From the NCBI GenBank assembly GCA_951406725.2, contig OX597818.1, positions 96,596,001 through 96,660,000 on the forward strand: 64,000 bases of DNA, written 5' to 3'. Of this stretch, positions 12,443 to 25,779 are shown piece by piece (positions within the stretch are counted from its first letter, which is position 1; every line of letters starts with the position of its first letter). This stretch comes from Octopus vulgaris. Its lineage: Eukaryota. Made by a program: the position numbers and the translations under genes. Below the pieces are notes generated by a model. That model saw only the letters and a program-made list of their open reading frames with translations. It ran no database searches and was not told the DNA's origin.

Positions 12443-12839
12443 TAGGTGGCGAGCTGGCAGAAACGTTAGCACGCCGGGCGAAATGCTTCGCGGTATTTCG
12501 TCTGTCTTTACGTTCTGAGTTAAAATTCCGCCGTGGTCGACTTTGCCTTTCATCCTTTCGGGGTCGATAAATTAAGTACCAGTTACGCACTGGGGTCGAT
12601 ATAATCGACTTAATCCGTTTGTCTGTCCTTGTTTGTCCTCTCTGTGTTTAGCTCCTTGTGGGTAGTAAAGAAATAGATATTTCGTCTGCCGTTACGTTCT
12701 GAGTTCCTATTCCGCCGTGGTCGATATGCCTTTCATCCTTTCTGGGTCGATAAATTAAGTTCCAGTTCCGTACTGGGGTCGATCTAATCGACTGGCCCCT
12801 TCCCCCAAAATTTCTGACCTTGTGCCTAGAGTAGAAACG
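12443..12839 (+). mobile_element. SINE family B, dimeric, Meta-domain-like core, 17-bp TSD
   Basis: Head ggcgagctggcagaaacgttagc; core gcctttcatcctttc(g/t)gggtcgataaattaagt present twice; TSD aattgtaatggctgttt at 12426-12442 and 12840-12856. Confidence 0.9.
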
Positions 12840-13057
12840 AATTGTAATGGCTGTTTGTTTGTAGTTGGTAGTCATAGAAGTGGTGGTGGTGGCGACATTC
12901 CTCGAAGTAATTGTTTACACTGAGATGCCTACGTAAAATCATACGATATATTTTCAACTTTAGTCTATAAAAACTTCTACGGCTTCCAGTGTCAAAAGTC
13001 GCCATACAATTTATCTTTTCATAAGAAACAGTTTATAAGAAGAGTTTTTTTTTCTAT

Positions 13058-13295
13058 TTAACAGGCTCTATATGGTTGCCATTGTTTTGAATACACATTG
13101 CAATACGTTTACCCCCCACTCATTGTGAACTCGTAATAGCACATCTGGTGATACGTGTGCAAATGAGTTGGTGATGCGTACCTTCAAATCATTTATGTCT
13201 TTTATCTTTCCGCGAAACGCCATGCCTTTCAAATGCACCCCCCCCCCCCCCGCAAGATAGAAATCAAGTGGGGTCAGATCAGGGGATCAAGGGGA
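13058..13295 (-). mobile_element. Tc1/mariner transposase C-terminal relic
   Basis: SPDLTPLDFYL..HLKGMAFRGKIKDINDLKVRITN...RIAMCIQNNGNHIE, matching the SPDL.P.DF.LWG and C....G.HFE motifs. Confidence 0.8.
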
Positions 13296-13363
13296 TCTTA
13301 TAAACTGTCTCTTATAAAAAAAAAAATTTCGTATGTATGCAGACTTTGAATCCCACTATATAT

Positions 13364-13770
13364 AGGAGTGGCTGTGTGATAAGTAGCTTGCTTACAAACC
13401 ACATGGTACCGGGTTCAGTCTCATTGCGTGGCACCTTGTGCTAGCGTCTTCTACTATGGCCTTGGGCCGACCAAAGTTTTGTGAGTCGATTTGGTAGACG
13501 GAAACTGAAAGAAGTCTGTCGTATATATATATATATATATATATAAATATGTATATGTGTATATGTTTGTGTGTGTGTTTGTCCCCCACCATCGCTTGAC
13601 AATCAATACTGGCGTGTCTATGTCCGTAAATCAGCAGTTCGACAAAAGAGACCGATAGAATAAGTACTAGGCTCACAAAGCATAAGTCCTGGGGTCGATT
13701 TGTTCGACTAAAAGCGGTGCTCCAGCATGACCGCAGTGAAATGACTGCAACAAATAAAAGAATAAAAGAA
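13364..13770 (+). mobile_element. SINE family A, full length
   Basis: Homologous to 942-1344 along its length, with internal (TA)n/(TG)n. Confidence 0.9.
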
Positions 13771-13984
13771 TATATGTATGTATGTATTTACATCTATATA
13801 TCTATATCTATCTATACTTATATATATGTGTATGTGTGTAAGTATATACATATATGCGTGTGTGAATGTGTGTGTGTGTGTGTGTGTTGTGTACATGTGT
13901 ATGTGTATCTCAACTTACCGTCCATCTATCCCTCCCTCGGTTTTTTCTCGCTCCCTCCCCCCTTCCCCCTCTCTCTCTCTCCTC

Positions 13985-14025
<41 letters not shown>

Positions 14026-14630
14026 GATCGATCATCTTGCGTGCCATTCGCCGTCGTCTTCCCCATCGCAATAACCATAGACAAATCTCACTTTTCACTG
14101 GCGAAACTCGTGCCATTTTCACGGTTTTCGCAGACAATTATAATATTACAATAAGCGATGGTAAAAAAAAAAAATCCAGATTTTATACAAAATGAGTATA
14201 ATAACTTCCGTTTTCCCCATACAACTAATTTTAACAGCCACGTATCATACAAGTTCACTTCTTACATAACATAGACCCAATAAACACATGACATGAACCA
14301 AACAGATTTTTGTTTTAGAAGCTACATAGCTAATCCACGATCAGTTTTACAGCGTTAAAATTGTGTAATCTCCTTACCTTTAACATTTAGAAAGAACGCA
14401 CACGCGTACACTGTACACACACACACACACATACGCACGCACTTTCATACACATACACATTCATACTGATTCACACACGTGTTTATACATGCATATATAC
14501 AAGCAGATACAGGCACATGCTCGCAAACACATACTCAGCGCATAATTAACGGTGCCGGTAAAAGACTATATATTTAACACACAGATGTAAATATATATAA
14601 GTAGGAATATATATAAGTAGGAATAGTGTA

Positions 14631-14665
<35 letters not shown>

Positions 14666-14727
14666 TGCATATATATATATATATGTATGTATGTATACAC
14701 ACACATATAATATATATGTCTATACAC

Positions 14728-14772
<45 letters not shown>

Positions 14773-14859
14773 CATTTATATATATATTTACATATGTATA
14801 TATATATGTGTGTGTAAGAGAGAGAGAGAGAATGAATGTGACTGAATAAGTATGCAGGA

Positions 14860-15108
<249 letters not shown>

Positions 15109-15223
15109 TGCATGAATTTACGTGCACACAGACACATACATATTTGTGTACGTGCGTGTGTATGCTCTGCCTATTCGTACGTAAATGCTTCTGTGTGAAT
15201 ATATGTGTGCGTGTGTGACTCTG

Positions 15224-15279
<56 letters not shown>

Positions 15280-16740
15280 CGCACGTAAATGTATGTGCGC
15301 GTGTTTTGTCTGCATTTTTTGCGTGGGAAGTAGAAATTTCAAGACAGTGATTGATTTGTGCCTGAGAAGTTGCTTTTAAGTCACGTTTAGATTTGAGATT
15401 TCCTGGCTGTGATTTGATAACTAATCCAGCATTCCACGACTACCACACCACCACCACCACCACCACCACCTCCCTGTATCATTAGATTGTTTTAGTTCCC
15501 AATGTTTGCTTCCTTTGCTTTGCAGTATTGACACAACACGGTTTTAAACAGGGCTACAAAGAAGTATTTTAGCGATGTGTTTTAACTTCGTTTGTAGATG
15601 TTTAGGAAGCTTTCATACAAATACGGTAACCAAGAGAGACAGTTATTGCCACGAGTTTGTTGATGACGTAAATACTATTATAAAACAATCAAGATATATT
15701 TGTATACATTTTTATGTACATGTATGTTAATGCCGATCTCTATGTCTTAAATTAATATAAACAATACAAACGATAAGGAATTACTCTTGTTCTGATAGCC
15801 AATAACTTCAGCATTAATTTTTGGTGTATTTTAATCTATTTAATGACATAATTAGGTAAAGAATAGAGATAACAAAATCCTCCCTATTTGGTGAAACTTT
15901 TAAATGGAATGACTATGGGAAATTAAATTTGTAAATCCGTGGATTTGGTACAATGTAAACGAGAGAATATTGTAGTAGATGTGTGAAAGCAGTGTTGTGA
16001 GTGAACAAAAAACTTAAATCAATTCAAATATGGAACACATTTAATTTATTTACTCACAACACGGTTTTCACGACAAACCACAATGAAAGCGGCCTTTTCT
16101 TTTTACAAGTAAACGTATTTGAACTGATCTGGATGTTTGTTTATATAAAAAAAAAAACTGCTTTCAGGTACCTATTACAATAATTTGTTCTAGCCTGGCC
16201 AGTATCGCACGGAATCAGTTCATGTTTTGACTGTCATTTTCTGCAAGGAAACAAGGAATTTCAGAGTCATTTGAAGGTTTTCTCTCTCGCTGTACCCGTT
16301 GCTGATGATTATCAAGAAGGTAGAAATGCGTTCACTGTTTCGCCACAGGATGCCGTGTAAAGACTGTTGATGTTTTTAGTATCTATTGCCCAAAGCAAGA
16401 ATTTTTCTAAAAGGTAAACCACTGCGAAGACGGTTTTTTACAGGTCAAATATGTCGCAAAAATATTCGAACTGATGTGAATGTTTATAAGTTTGATCATT
16501 AAGGACTCAAGAAGCTATATATATATTTTTATAGAAAGCAAAAGTTTAACTAAGTTAATATTAAGCTGTTTTTTTGGAAAATAAATTAAAATAAATATTA
16601 ATGGAAAGCTTTCACTTACGTCACTTTAAAAAGGGAATTGATATCGTAAAACCAGCCGCAATCTCAGGGAATTTGTTATCAAAAGGGAAAATGTCTCCTA
16701 AAATTTCGTACACCACCATGAAGTTATCTGAGAACATTAG

Positions 16741-17040
16741 CTAAGCATTCCTCGTCCAGCCGAATACATGACCAACACATTTAAGTTCAGATTGGATAAG
16801 AAAAGTTTCAATATCGGAGATGCTATATTTCTTGAAGATGTCAGGTTTATGAACTCTGTTCTTGAACGTTAACTTACAAACTGTACGCAAGTAATTTTTG
16901 AAGAAGGTAACTAATTGTTGTAAACGGGACCTGTAAGGAGTCCAGATCTCAGAATCATTATGTAAGGTTGAATAAACTACAATTGCAATAGAATAAACCA
17001 TTTTGCATTGACCACCAACGTGAAACTTCCAAATAGCGCT
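16741..17040 (-). mobile_element. RTE-clade LINE reverse transcriptase C-terminal relic
   Basis: VVYSTLHNDSEIWTPYR...IETFLIQSELKCVGHV corresponds to RTE VLPTLLYGSETWT.Y...IE....QLRWAGHV. Confidence 0.75.
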
Positions 17041-17535
17041 TATATAATACACAAAACTCTGCCCCATCGCCTATTTTTAATTAACACTTCCACGAGAAAT
17101 CTTACAGGTAAAAGTCGATTACAAAGACTGAAACCGCACAGTTTTCAGCATCTTGGTCTCTCAGTTCGAAGGTATTGACGCTCAGATTTATGCGTTTTGC
17201 TGCAACAGACTGCTAGTTATGCAGTTTATTGGGAACAGCTTGACAAAGCACCCGTTTACCAAGCACTGCCTTCACGCACCGACGTTAAAGAAACGTCGGT
17301 TAAAGACTGCGATAACTTACAATTATTATCGAAGAACGTGCCAGTGGACTCATCCCAGGTCAATGAAGCAGTCCGTCCTCATCCAAGGGTGACTTTAGAA
17401 CTAAATCACCGAATAACTCTTGACCACAGCATGACTTAACTCTCAGGATGAGAGGATCAGCAGAGAAAATAAAGAAGCTCTGTATGCTGCGTCACTTTAT
17501 GAAAAAATCTTATTTCTGCAGAGTACTTGACTCCA

Positions 17536-17646
<111 letters not shown>

Positions 17647-18087
17647 AAAGGAGAGAGAGAGAGAGATATAGATAGAAATAGATACACATATATATTTATA
17701 TATTTATATACATAAAGAAATATGTATATGTGTGTATGTATGTATGTATCTATGTACGTACGTACGTACGTATGTATGTATGTATGTATGTATGTATGTA
17801 TGTATGTATGTATGTATGTATGTATGTATGTATGTATGTATAACGATGGTGTTAAACAAAAGTCTCGTAAGTCCAAAAAGTTGCTTTTTCAGAAAACGAA
17901 AAAGTAGTTTCACCATTTCAAAGCAAAAACGTTCGTACTGCTACACTTTGACAATTTTTGACATTTTAGCATCTACAGCTGGAGATATGATAGTTTGACC
18001 AAAATAACCGGCTATTGCAAGGAAAAATATTGTAAAACACGCATTTTGCCAAATTTCGACATACAACAGTTGAACATAATAGCAATG

Positions 18088-18148
<61 letters not shown>

Positions 18149-18289
18149 ATGGACTCTCCCGTCGTTAGAAGACGTATGAGTGTTCGACAATTTCTTACCG
18201 AACAACCACACAGATGATTTGTTTATAGTGATCAAATGTTTGTGTAGACATAAGCTCACTCCCTCCATCAAATCGGCATTACCTGTATA

Positions 18290-18448
18290 GGTGCAACTGC
18301 GTGTCACATGTCAGATGTCAAAATGATCGTAGGGCAACGTGAAGTGCAGCGCTTTGCTCAAGAACACAACGCAACGCCCGGTCGGGGAAACGAAACCACG
18401 ATCACGCAGTCCTGAGTGCAACATCTAACAACTAAGCCATGCGCCTTC
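18290..18448 (-). mobile_element. SINE family D 5' portion
   Basis: Minus strand gaaggcgcatggcttagttgttagatgttgcac...gtggtttcgtttccccgaccggg (A/B-box-like). Confidence 0.65.
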
Positions 18449-18468
18449 ACACAGACACACACACACAC

Positions 18469-18574
<106 letters not shown>

Positions 18575-19840
18575 GTATGCATGTATGTGTATATGTGTGT
18601 GACTGAATAAATGAATGAATGTATGTATGTATGCATGTACACTACATACCGCCGTTGAATGTGCACGTAAATGTGCACACAGTTTTAATAGAATAAATAT
18701 AATTAAGTTGCCCGATATATATTGGCTCCTTGTTTACTTGTTTATAAACAATGTGTTGCATGAACGCACACATGTGCACGCATATGCATGTACACACACA
18801 GAGAAATGAACGCACGCACGCATATACATACACGTATAAACTTCCTGTGATTGCATTTGGTGGAGTAAGAAGGAAGTGGAAAGGATGTTTGTGGATGTAG
18901 AAGACAATGGGGTAGAGACAGGGAAAGAGAAGAGGGCAGAAGCGGGAGAGGTGAGATGTAGAAAGAGCGAAGCTAGTAAAAATACAAAATATAAATTATG
19001 AAAATTTAGCTTCTTTTTAATTAATAAGTTAGTAAACTGATACATAAAAAATATATGTTTATTATTCATATTTTTTAGTGTTGAAACTTCAATACATATT
19101 AGTGATTTGTACTGAGTATTGATTCATCTAAATACCAGAAAACAAAAGAAGGATAGAAACGGCAAAATTAGAGACAGAACAGAAAAATAGAAGGAAACGA
19201 AAAAGAAGATATAAGGCGAATTACAAAACAAATCACCTCACCACCACTACCACCACCATCACACTATCACCAACGACAACAACATCAATAAGAATATCAA
19301 AGAACTACACACACTATTCGAATGTCCTTGATTCCCAATATGTTTATTGATTCTCCACTGAAATATGTTGGTTTTTCTTTTCAAATCCAAACAGATTCTT
19401 CCATATTTGTCTGCCTGCTTTGTTCGTTTCTTCTTTCGAATCAGAATCGAATTCCTCTGGGATTTCGATTTCTATAAGAATGACAGAATTCTCTCGATAA
19501 ACTGCTTGATTGGTTCTTAAAAAAAAAAGCAAAACACGAATATTTACACATTGACGTCTTCACATCCATCAGAAACAGGAGAGCAAGCACCTAAACGTGC
19601 AGTGTTAGACATGAACACACATATACACATATACACATGCTCACAGTAATAAGTTATGTGAATAGACCTGTGTATTAATTTCATTCATGCATACTCATAT
19701 CAAACATGAAATATAAGGAGATATAGGATAAGCATACATAAGCGTACACATATAAATGTATGCTTGTATGTATGCCTTTTTCTTTAAATAGCATACTTAT
19801 ATGAATATTGTGCATATCTATCTATCTATCTATCAATCAA

Positions 19841-19876
<36 letters not shown>

Positions 19877-19922
19877 CATGCATTTATATATGTGTGTGTG
19901 TGTGTGTGAATACATACATACA

Positions 19923-20346
19923 TACTGAGAAATTAGACTTCACAAAACCAGAAAGGAGAAAGCTGATTCGAAGACTACAGATCCAGGCCATCACTGGAAT
20001 TGTAAAAATCTGTAAAACTTTCCAGAAGTTTATAATTTAAATATATATGAGCATATCTAGATATGCATCTATATGCATGAGAATACATACATAAAACAAA
20101 GGATACAAATCCGCACACATACGTTCATACGTACATACATATATACGTACGTACATACATACATACATACATACATACATACATACATACATACATACAT
20201 ACACACATACGTACATACGTACAAACATACATACATACAAAAATACAATGTGTATGCTGTTAAAATTCCAATGAAGAAGCCTTGGATCTACGTTTGAAAA
20301 TGGCTCTTTCTCTATTTGCAAGGAATCTTGAAATAAAACTGAAAAA
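19923..20346 (+). mobile_element. 3' end of an RLE-type (R4/NeSL/HERO-like) non-LTR retrotransposon
   Basis: ORF end KLIRRLQIQAITGIVKICKTFQKFII* resembles RLE element C-termini; the 3'UTR recurs at 46092-46176. Confidence 0.55.
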
Positions 20347-20359
20347 TGGCATACATAAC

Positions 20360-20594
20360 GCATACATACATACATACATACATACATACATACATACATA
20401 CATACATACATACATACATACATGCATGCATGCATGCATGCATACATACATACATACATACATACATACATACATACATACATACATACATACATACATA
20501 CATACATACATGCATGCATGCATGCATGCATGCATACATACATACATACATACATACATACATACATACATACATACATACATACATACATACA

Positions 20595-20623
<29 letters not shown>
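20360..20623. repeat. (TACA)n array with (TGCA)n interruptions
   Basis: Directly visible. Confidence 0.95.
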
Positions 20624-20625
<2 letters not shown>

Positions 20626-20626
<1 letters not shown>

Positions 20627-21260
20627 AGGTGCATTCAAGAAGTCGTCAGACTTTTTCAGGAGAGACATTTATTAATTTCAAAGTACAAAGTTCTAACCTC
20701 CTTCAAGATAGGATTCTCTGACTTCAGTGCGTGAAGGCCCCTTGCTGGTCCTCCAAAATGGAAAGGTCCGCGATTCTTGTTACAGCCTCTTTCATCTTCT
20801 CCTTCAGCTGGGAGAACAACCAAAAGGCAAAAGGAGCAAACTCCAGACTACAGGGAGGCTGAAGGACAGTTCTGATGCTTATCTCTGTCAAGTGCTTGGT
20901 TATTAGGATTGAATTGTGGACTGGTCCATCGTCCCATTGCAGGTGCTCCGAACTTTCATGACGAAATCTCTTGAACTTCCTCTAAAACCTCCACAAAGTA
21001 CTCTTTGTTGACCGTGTGACCAAATAGAACCCAGTAGATATAAATGATACTATAGATGTTGAAAAAGGAGATTATCATGAGCTTCCCAAAGGACTCACTT
21101 TGCCTGAGTTCTTGTGCCAGTGAAAGCAGATGTTCGGCCCATACAACGTACTCCATATGCAATCTGGAGCTTTCTATAAGTTTCTGTAGTGGTTTTGCCC
21201 AGTCTTACACAAAGTTTTATGACATTACGAACTTCCACAGAGACATTGAGCATGCTGCGG
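20626..21260 (-). mobile_element. mariner transposase relic, internally deleted
   Basis: EVRNVIKLCVRLGKTTTETYRKLQIAYG (HTH), KLMIISFFN...GHTVNKEYFVEVL and PPCSLEFAPFAFWLFSQLK (cf. YSPDLAP.DFWLF). Confidence 0.85.
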
Positions 21261-21269
21261 CAAGATTGC

Positions 21270-21781
21270 GGCGACGAGGCAATGGGTCGTAGCAATGTTT
21301 CGAGTGTCACGGGCGCTCTAGAAGCAAAAGGACGTCTCTGAAAAACGATGTGCGATCTTGAGGACCTTCCACTAGCGTCATCTCCGGAAAATTAGGGAAA
21401 AATTGTCAGCTTTTGTCTGAGTATCTTTGTGAGACAATAAATAACGTTTTGAAGCGTTTGAGGGAAGTGAAAGCGACCAGAACTATGGCGCACAAAAAAA
21501 GGGTTTTTCCACGATGACAATACACCCTGTCACCGAGTTCTCCTCACTTGTAAGTTTCTCTTCAAAAAAACAACATGGTATCGCTTCCGTATCCGCCCTA
21601 ATCGCCGGACTTAGAATTTGCGGACATCCACCTCTTTTCTACGATGAGAATACAGCCCAAATGTTGACGTTTAAGACTGTTGTTGAGATCCAGAGTGAAT
21701 CGCAGAAAGTTCTCGACTAGCATGCGGAAAACGACTTCCCAGCAGGATTCCAGAAGTGGCAGGAATGGTGGGACCAGTGTG
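21270..21781 (+). mobile_element. second mariner transposase relic
   Basis: GDEAMGRS..FECHGR..DVRS.GPSTS, FHDDN and LPYPP*SPDLEFAD motifs. Confidence 0.8.
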
Positions 21782-21819
<38 letters not shown>

Positions 21820-21924
21820 AATAGTAAAAAGTGAAAAAACTACAGAAGGCTTGTTTTAAAAGGTTCAAAAATATATATTTGAGTCATTATGTCAGAAGAA
21901 TGTTATAAATTTTTTTCATACAAT

Positions 21925-21998
<74 letters not shown>

Positions 21999-22162
21999 TA
22001 TATATATATATTTACAAAATGAGTAGAGATGGCTTTTTGTGGGGATAATTTTTATTTTAATATTAAAAAATTATCCCCGCAAAAAGCCATTTCTACTCAT
22101 TTTCTCAAATGTTTAATATTGTACTTTCTTTTTATTATTCTACTCTCTCCCCCTCTCTCTCA

Positions 22163-22242
<80 letters not shown>

Positions 22243-22327
22243 AGTATAGACATATATATATGCTATGTATAAACATATATATATACATATATATATAATG
22301 TATAGACATATATATAGACACACACAC

Positions 22328-22383
<56 letters not shown>

Positions 22384-22595
22384 CATATATATGCACATAG
22401 TGAACGAAGAGCGTAATGCAAATAGATGAAATGGTGGTATAAAATGACTTTGCGAGGAATCTTCAGCAGGTATAATGTCTTACGGTTGTTTCGTGAAAAT
22501 ATAGGTTAGTATGGGTGAGTTAATTCCAATAATAACAATCATCTACATTTCTCTCATCAGAATAACTCTAAGAGGATTTATAAAAAAGTTATTTA

Positions 22596-22951
22596 AACCT
22601 TAGAGAGCTCAAATCTCCGCCAAGGCAATACCATCGTTCTCTCAACAATTAGCCAGAGATGATTTTTAAAATGAGAATATCTTAAATAAACTCGACTGCT
22701 CTCACAATCGAGTATACTAAAAATGAATCCAACCGCTCTCAAAAGTTAAGTGAAAAACGAAAAATAATCCAGAATCCTTGTCTGGTACCGGATCGATCCC
22801 AAAATCTAATCAATTCGTGCCAGTCACGAGGCCAAACATCCCTAAAAGTTTCATCCGAATTCATCCAACGGTTCTTGAGATATCTTGTCCACGGAAAACA
22901 GACAAACACGACTGAAAGCAATACCTCCGCCTTCGCTAAGACGGAGGTAAC
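22596..22951. mobile_element. Helentron-associated (HINE/DINE-like) non-autonomous element
   Basis: Terminal hairpin tacctccg-N12-cggaggta (22922-22949), a subterminal ctccgcc copy near 22615, and a typical aagtttcatccgaattcatcc...ttgagatatc body. Confidence 0.6.
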
Positions 22952-23198
22952 AACCCAAACTATCAACAGATAAGGCTAAAACACCTAAATAAAAAAAAAT
23001 GTAGTAAAAATTGAAATTCTCGCAATAAATTAAGCCAAAGTTGAATATATTGATTTTGATTCTTACTAATATATATATTTTATTTATTTTTGAATTCTCT
23101 TGTTTTCTTTTGGCAAGTGAATGGTGACTAGTAATATGATCTAGTTCTTCATGACTACTTCTAGCCATTTACCACAGTGGTCGTAGTTTAACTCCACA

Positions 23199-23249
<51 letters not shown>

Positions 23250-23545
23250 GCACAAGCTGCTATTTCAGTCTGTAAGGAACTCTCCTTTTTTAGGATATAA
23301 ATGAATTTATGAAGAGACTTTTACCTTTTGAATTCATAATGCAATTTAATTGCAAAATAAGAATGTTGGAATTGAAACGTGCGTAGATGACATGAAACTG
23401 ACTACTATTATGTAAATAGACTGATTTTCTCTTATTTTCATTATTTACATTTGACGGATATTTGTCTTCATCTTGTTTGTTGTTAACACAACGTTTCGGT
23501 TGAGGTGTCCTGGGGTAATTTCGAACCTAAGTTCTCATTCCTAAG

Positions 23546-23609
<64 letters not shown>

Positions 23610-23683
23610 GGCCACTGCCTGGAATCAAAATCGGAATCTTGGAGTTAGTAGTTCGAGCTCTTTACCACTATGCCATATGCCCG
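23610..23683 (-). mobile_element. short tRNA-derived SINE with (AAT)n tail
   Basis: Minus strand gggcatatggcatagtggtaaagagc...gattccaggcagtggcc, followed by the (AAT)n run at 23548-23607. Confidence 0.55.
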
Positions 23684-23748
23684 TGGGCAATTATGGAGAG
23701 AATTTTGGAGAGAACCTACCACAGCTTCAGGGTTCGAAACTCCACGAG

Positions 23749-23794
23749 GACACCTGATGACGGCTGGAGAGTACATCAGCCGAAACGTTGTGTT
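23749..23794 (+). ncRNA. minimal type I hammerhead ribozyme (PLE-type)
   Basis: GACAC-CUGAUGA-C-GGCUG-gagaguacau-CAGCC-GAAAC-GUU/GUGUU; helix III is the palindrome ACGU. Confidence 0.75.
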
Positions 23795-24949
23795 AACAAC
23801 AAGCAAGATGAAGTCAAATATCCATCAAATGTAAATAATATAATGTACATTGTACATAATTCCTCATCTCACAAATATAGATTTTTCTGATTTTTCTGTG
23901 TTCACACTTCCCATTTTCTATATATATATATATACGCACACATACATATACAAACATATATATACCATATATATATATACACACACATATATTTTATTTA
24001 TATATATACATATATATATGCATATAAGATATAAATATAAATACTCAAACACGCACACATATCCACCCATCCATCCATACATACTCACACACGCACGCAC
24101 ATGCACACACACACACATATACAAACACACACATTCACATATATTGGAAACGGCTACCAGTTTGTTCTTATGCTATACATTACGTACGCAGTTCTTCGCG
24201 GAATAGATAGTATTTTGAAAATTTTAGCTATTTTAATACTATTGATATTTCTTCCTTTCTTCTTATTTTCTTTCTTTCCGTCTTCTCTCTTCTCGCTTTC
24301 TTTCCTTCCGCCAGCAATCCGTTTATTGTTGAAGTACAAATATCCTTAACAGATGCAGAGGACATTGGAGAAGTACATCACTTGTAGGGAACATCTCAAA
24401 TAGACTTACTATATTGAAGAAAATAAATTATTTTCCCATTAGACTGAAAGAACGGTTGAAGATTCTGCGGAAAGCTATCTCAAGTTGACATTTCATCAAA
24501 TCGGGAAATAACATTAGCTGTGTATAGAAAGACACAACGCATCGTTGTCTTAAAGTTTGATGTTGGGGGAATGGACGGCGAGGTTGATGTTACTATTTGC
24601 CGTGTAGGTGGAGTGAAATAGTTGCAACCGGGAAGTACTCAATTCATTTCTGTCCGTTCTATTTTATATAAATACAACGGAAAGTAGATTACAGCTCAAG
24701 ATGCAAGAACAAATATACGCCCTGTGTAAACAATTGATGCATAGCTAATGTCAATAATATCATATAGCATTACAATATCGTGCGTGTGAGTGTATGTATA
24801 TAAGCATATATATGCCTGTATGTCTGCGTATATTTGTATGTGCGTTCGTGTGTATTCTGTGTGTGTGTGCATGAATGTATATTTACTTAGTTACATATCT
24901 ATACGTATGTATGTATATATATATGTATATATATATGTGTGTGTGTGTG

Positions 24950-25027
<78 letters not shown>

Positions 25028-25083
25028 AAGACATATAAACATAATATTGGAATATAACGTGTGCGTGTATATATGAATATGTG

Positions 25084-25121
<38 letters not shown>

Positions 25122-25334
25122 TATATATATATATATATACACACGCTATATTTCATTATTATACACACACACATACACACACACATGTATATTTACACAC
25201 TATAATAAGGTAAATTCCATTACTGAGATTATAACGCTGGCAAATATAAACACAAACGCATATCTATAATGCATAGTCCTTGCACTGGTAGACAATGGCG
25301 CAAATGCGTTGTAGTGATATTCCTTGTGAATTGT

Positions 25335-25732
25335 AAGGCGGCGAGCTGGCAGAAACGTTAGCACGCCGGGCAAAAGGCGCAGCCGTATTTCGTCTGTCGT
25401 TACATTGTGAGTTCAAATTCCGTCGAGGTCGACTTTGCCTTTCATCCTTTCGGGGTCGATAAATTAAGTACCAGTTACGCACTGGGATCGATGTAATCGA
25501 CTTAATACCTATGTCTGTCCTTGTTTGTCCCTTCTATGTTTAGCCCCTTGTGGATAATAAAGAAATAGGTATTTCGTTTGTCTTTATGTTCTGAGTTCAA
25601 ATTCCGCCGAGGTCGACTTTACCCTTCATCCTTTCGAGGTCGATAAATTAACTACCAGTTGCGTACTGGGGTCGATCTAATCGACTGGCTCCCGCCCCAT
25701 AAATTTCGGACCTTGTGCCTAGAGTAGAAAAG
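25335..25732 (+). mobile_element. SINE family B, dimeric, 16-bp TSD
   Basis: Homologous to 12443-12839; TSD attccttgtgaattgt at 25319-25334 and 25733-25748. Confidence 0.9.
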
Positions 25733-25779
25733 ATTCCTTGTGAATTGTCTGCCAATGTTGTGTAGCCCAAGGTCTGCAC

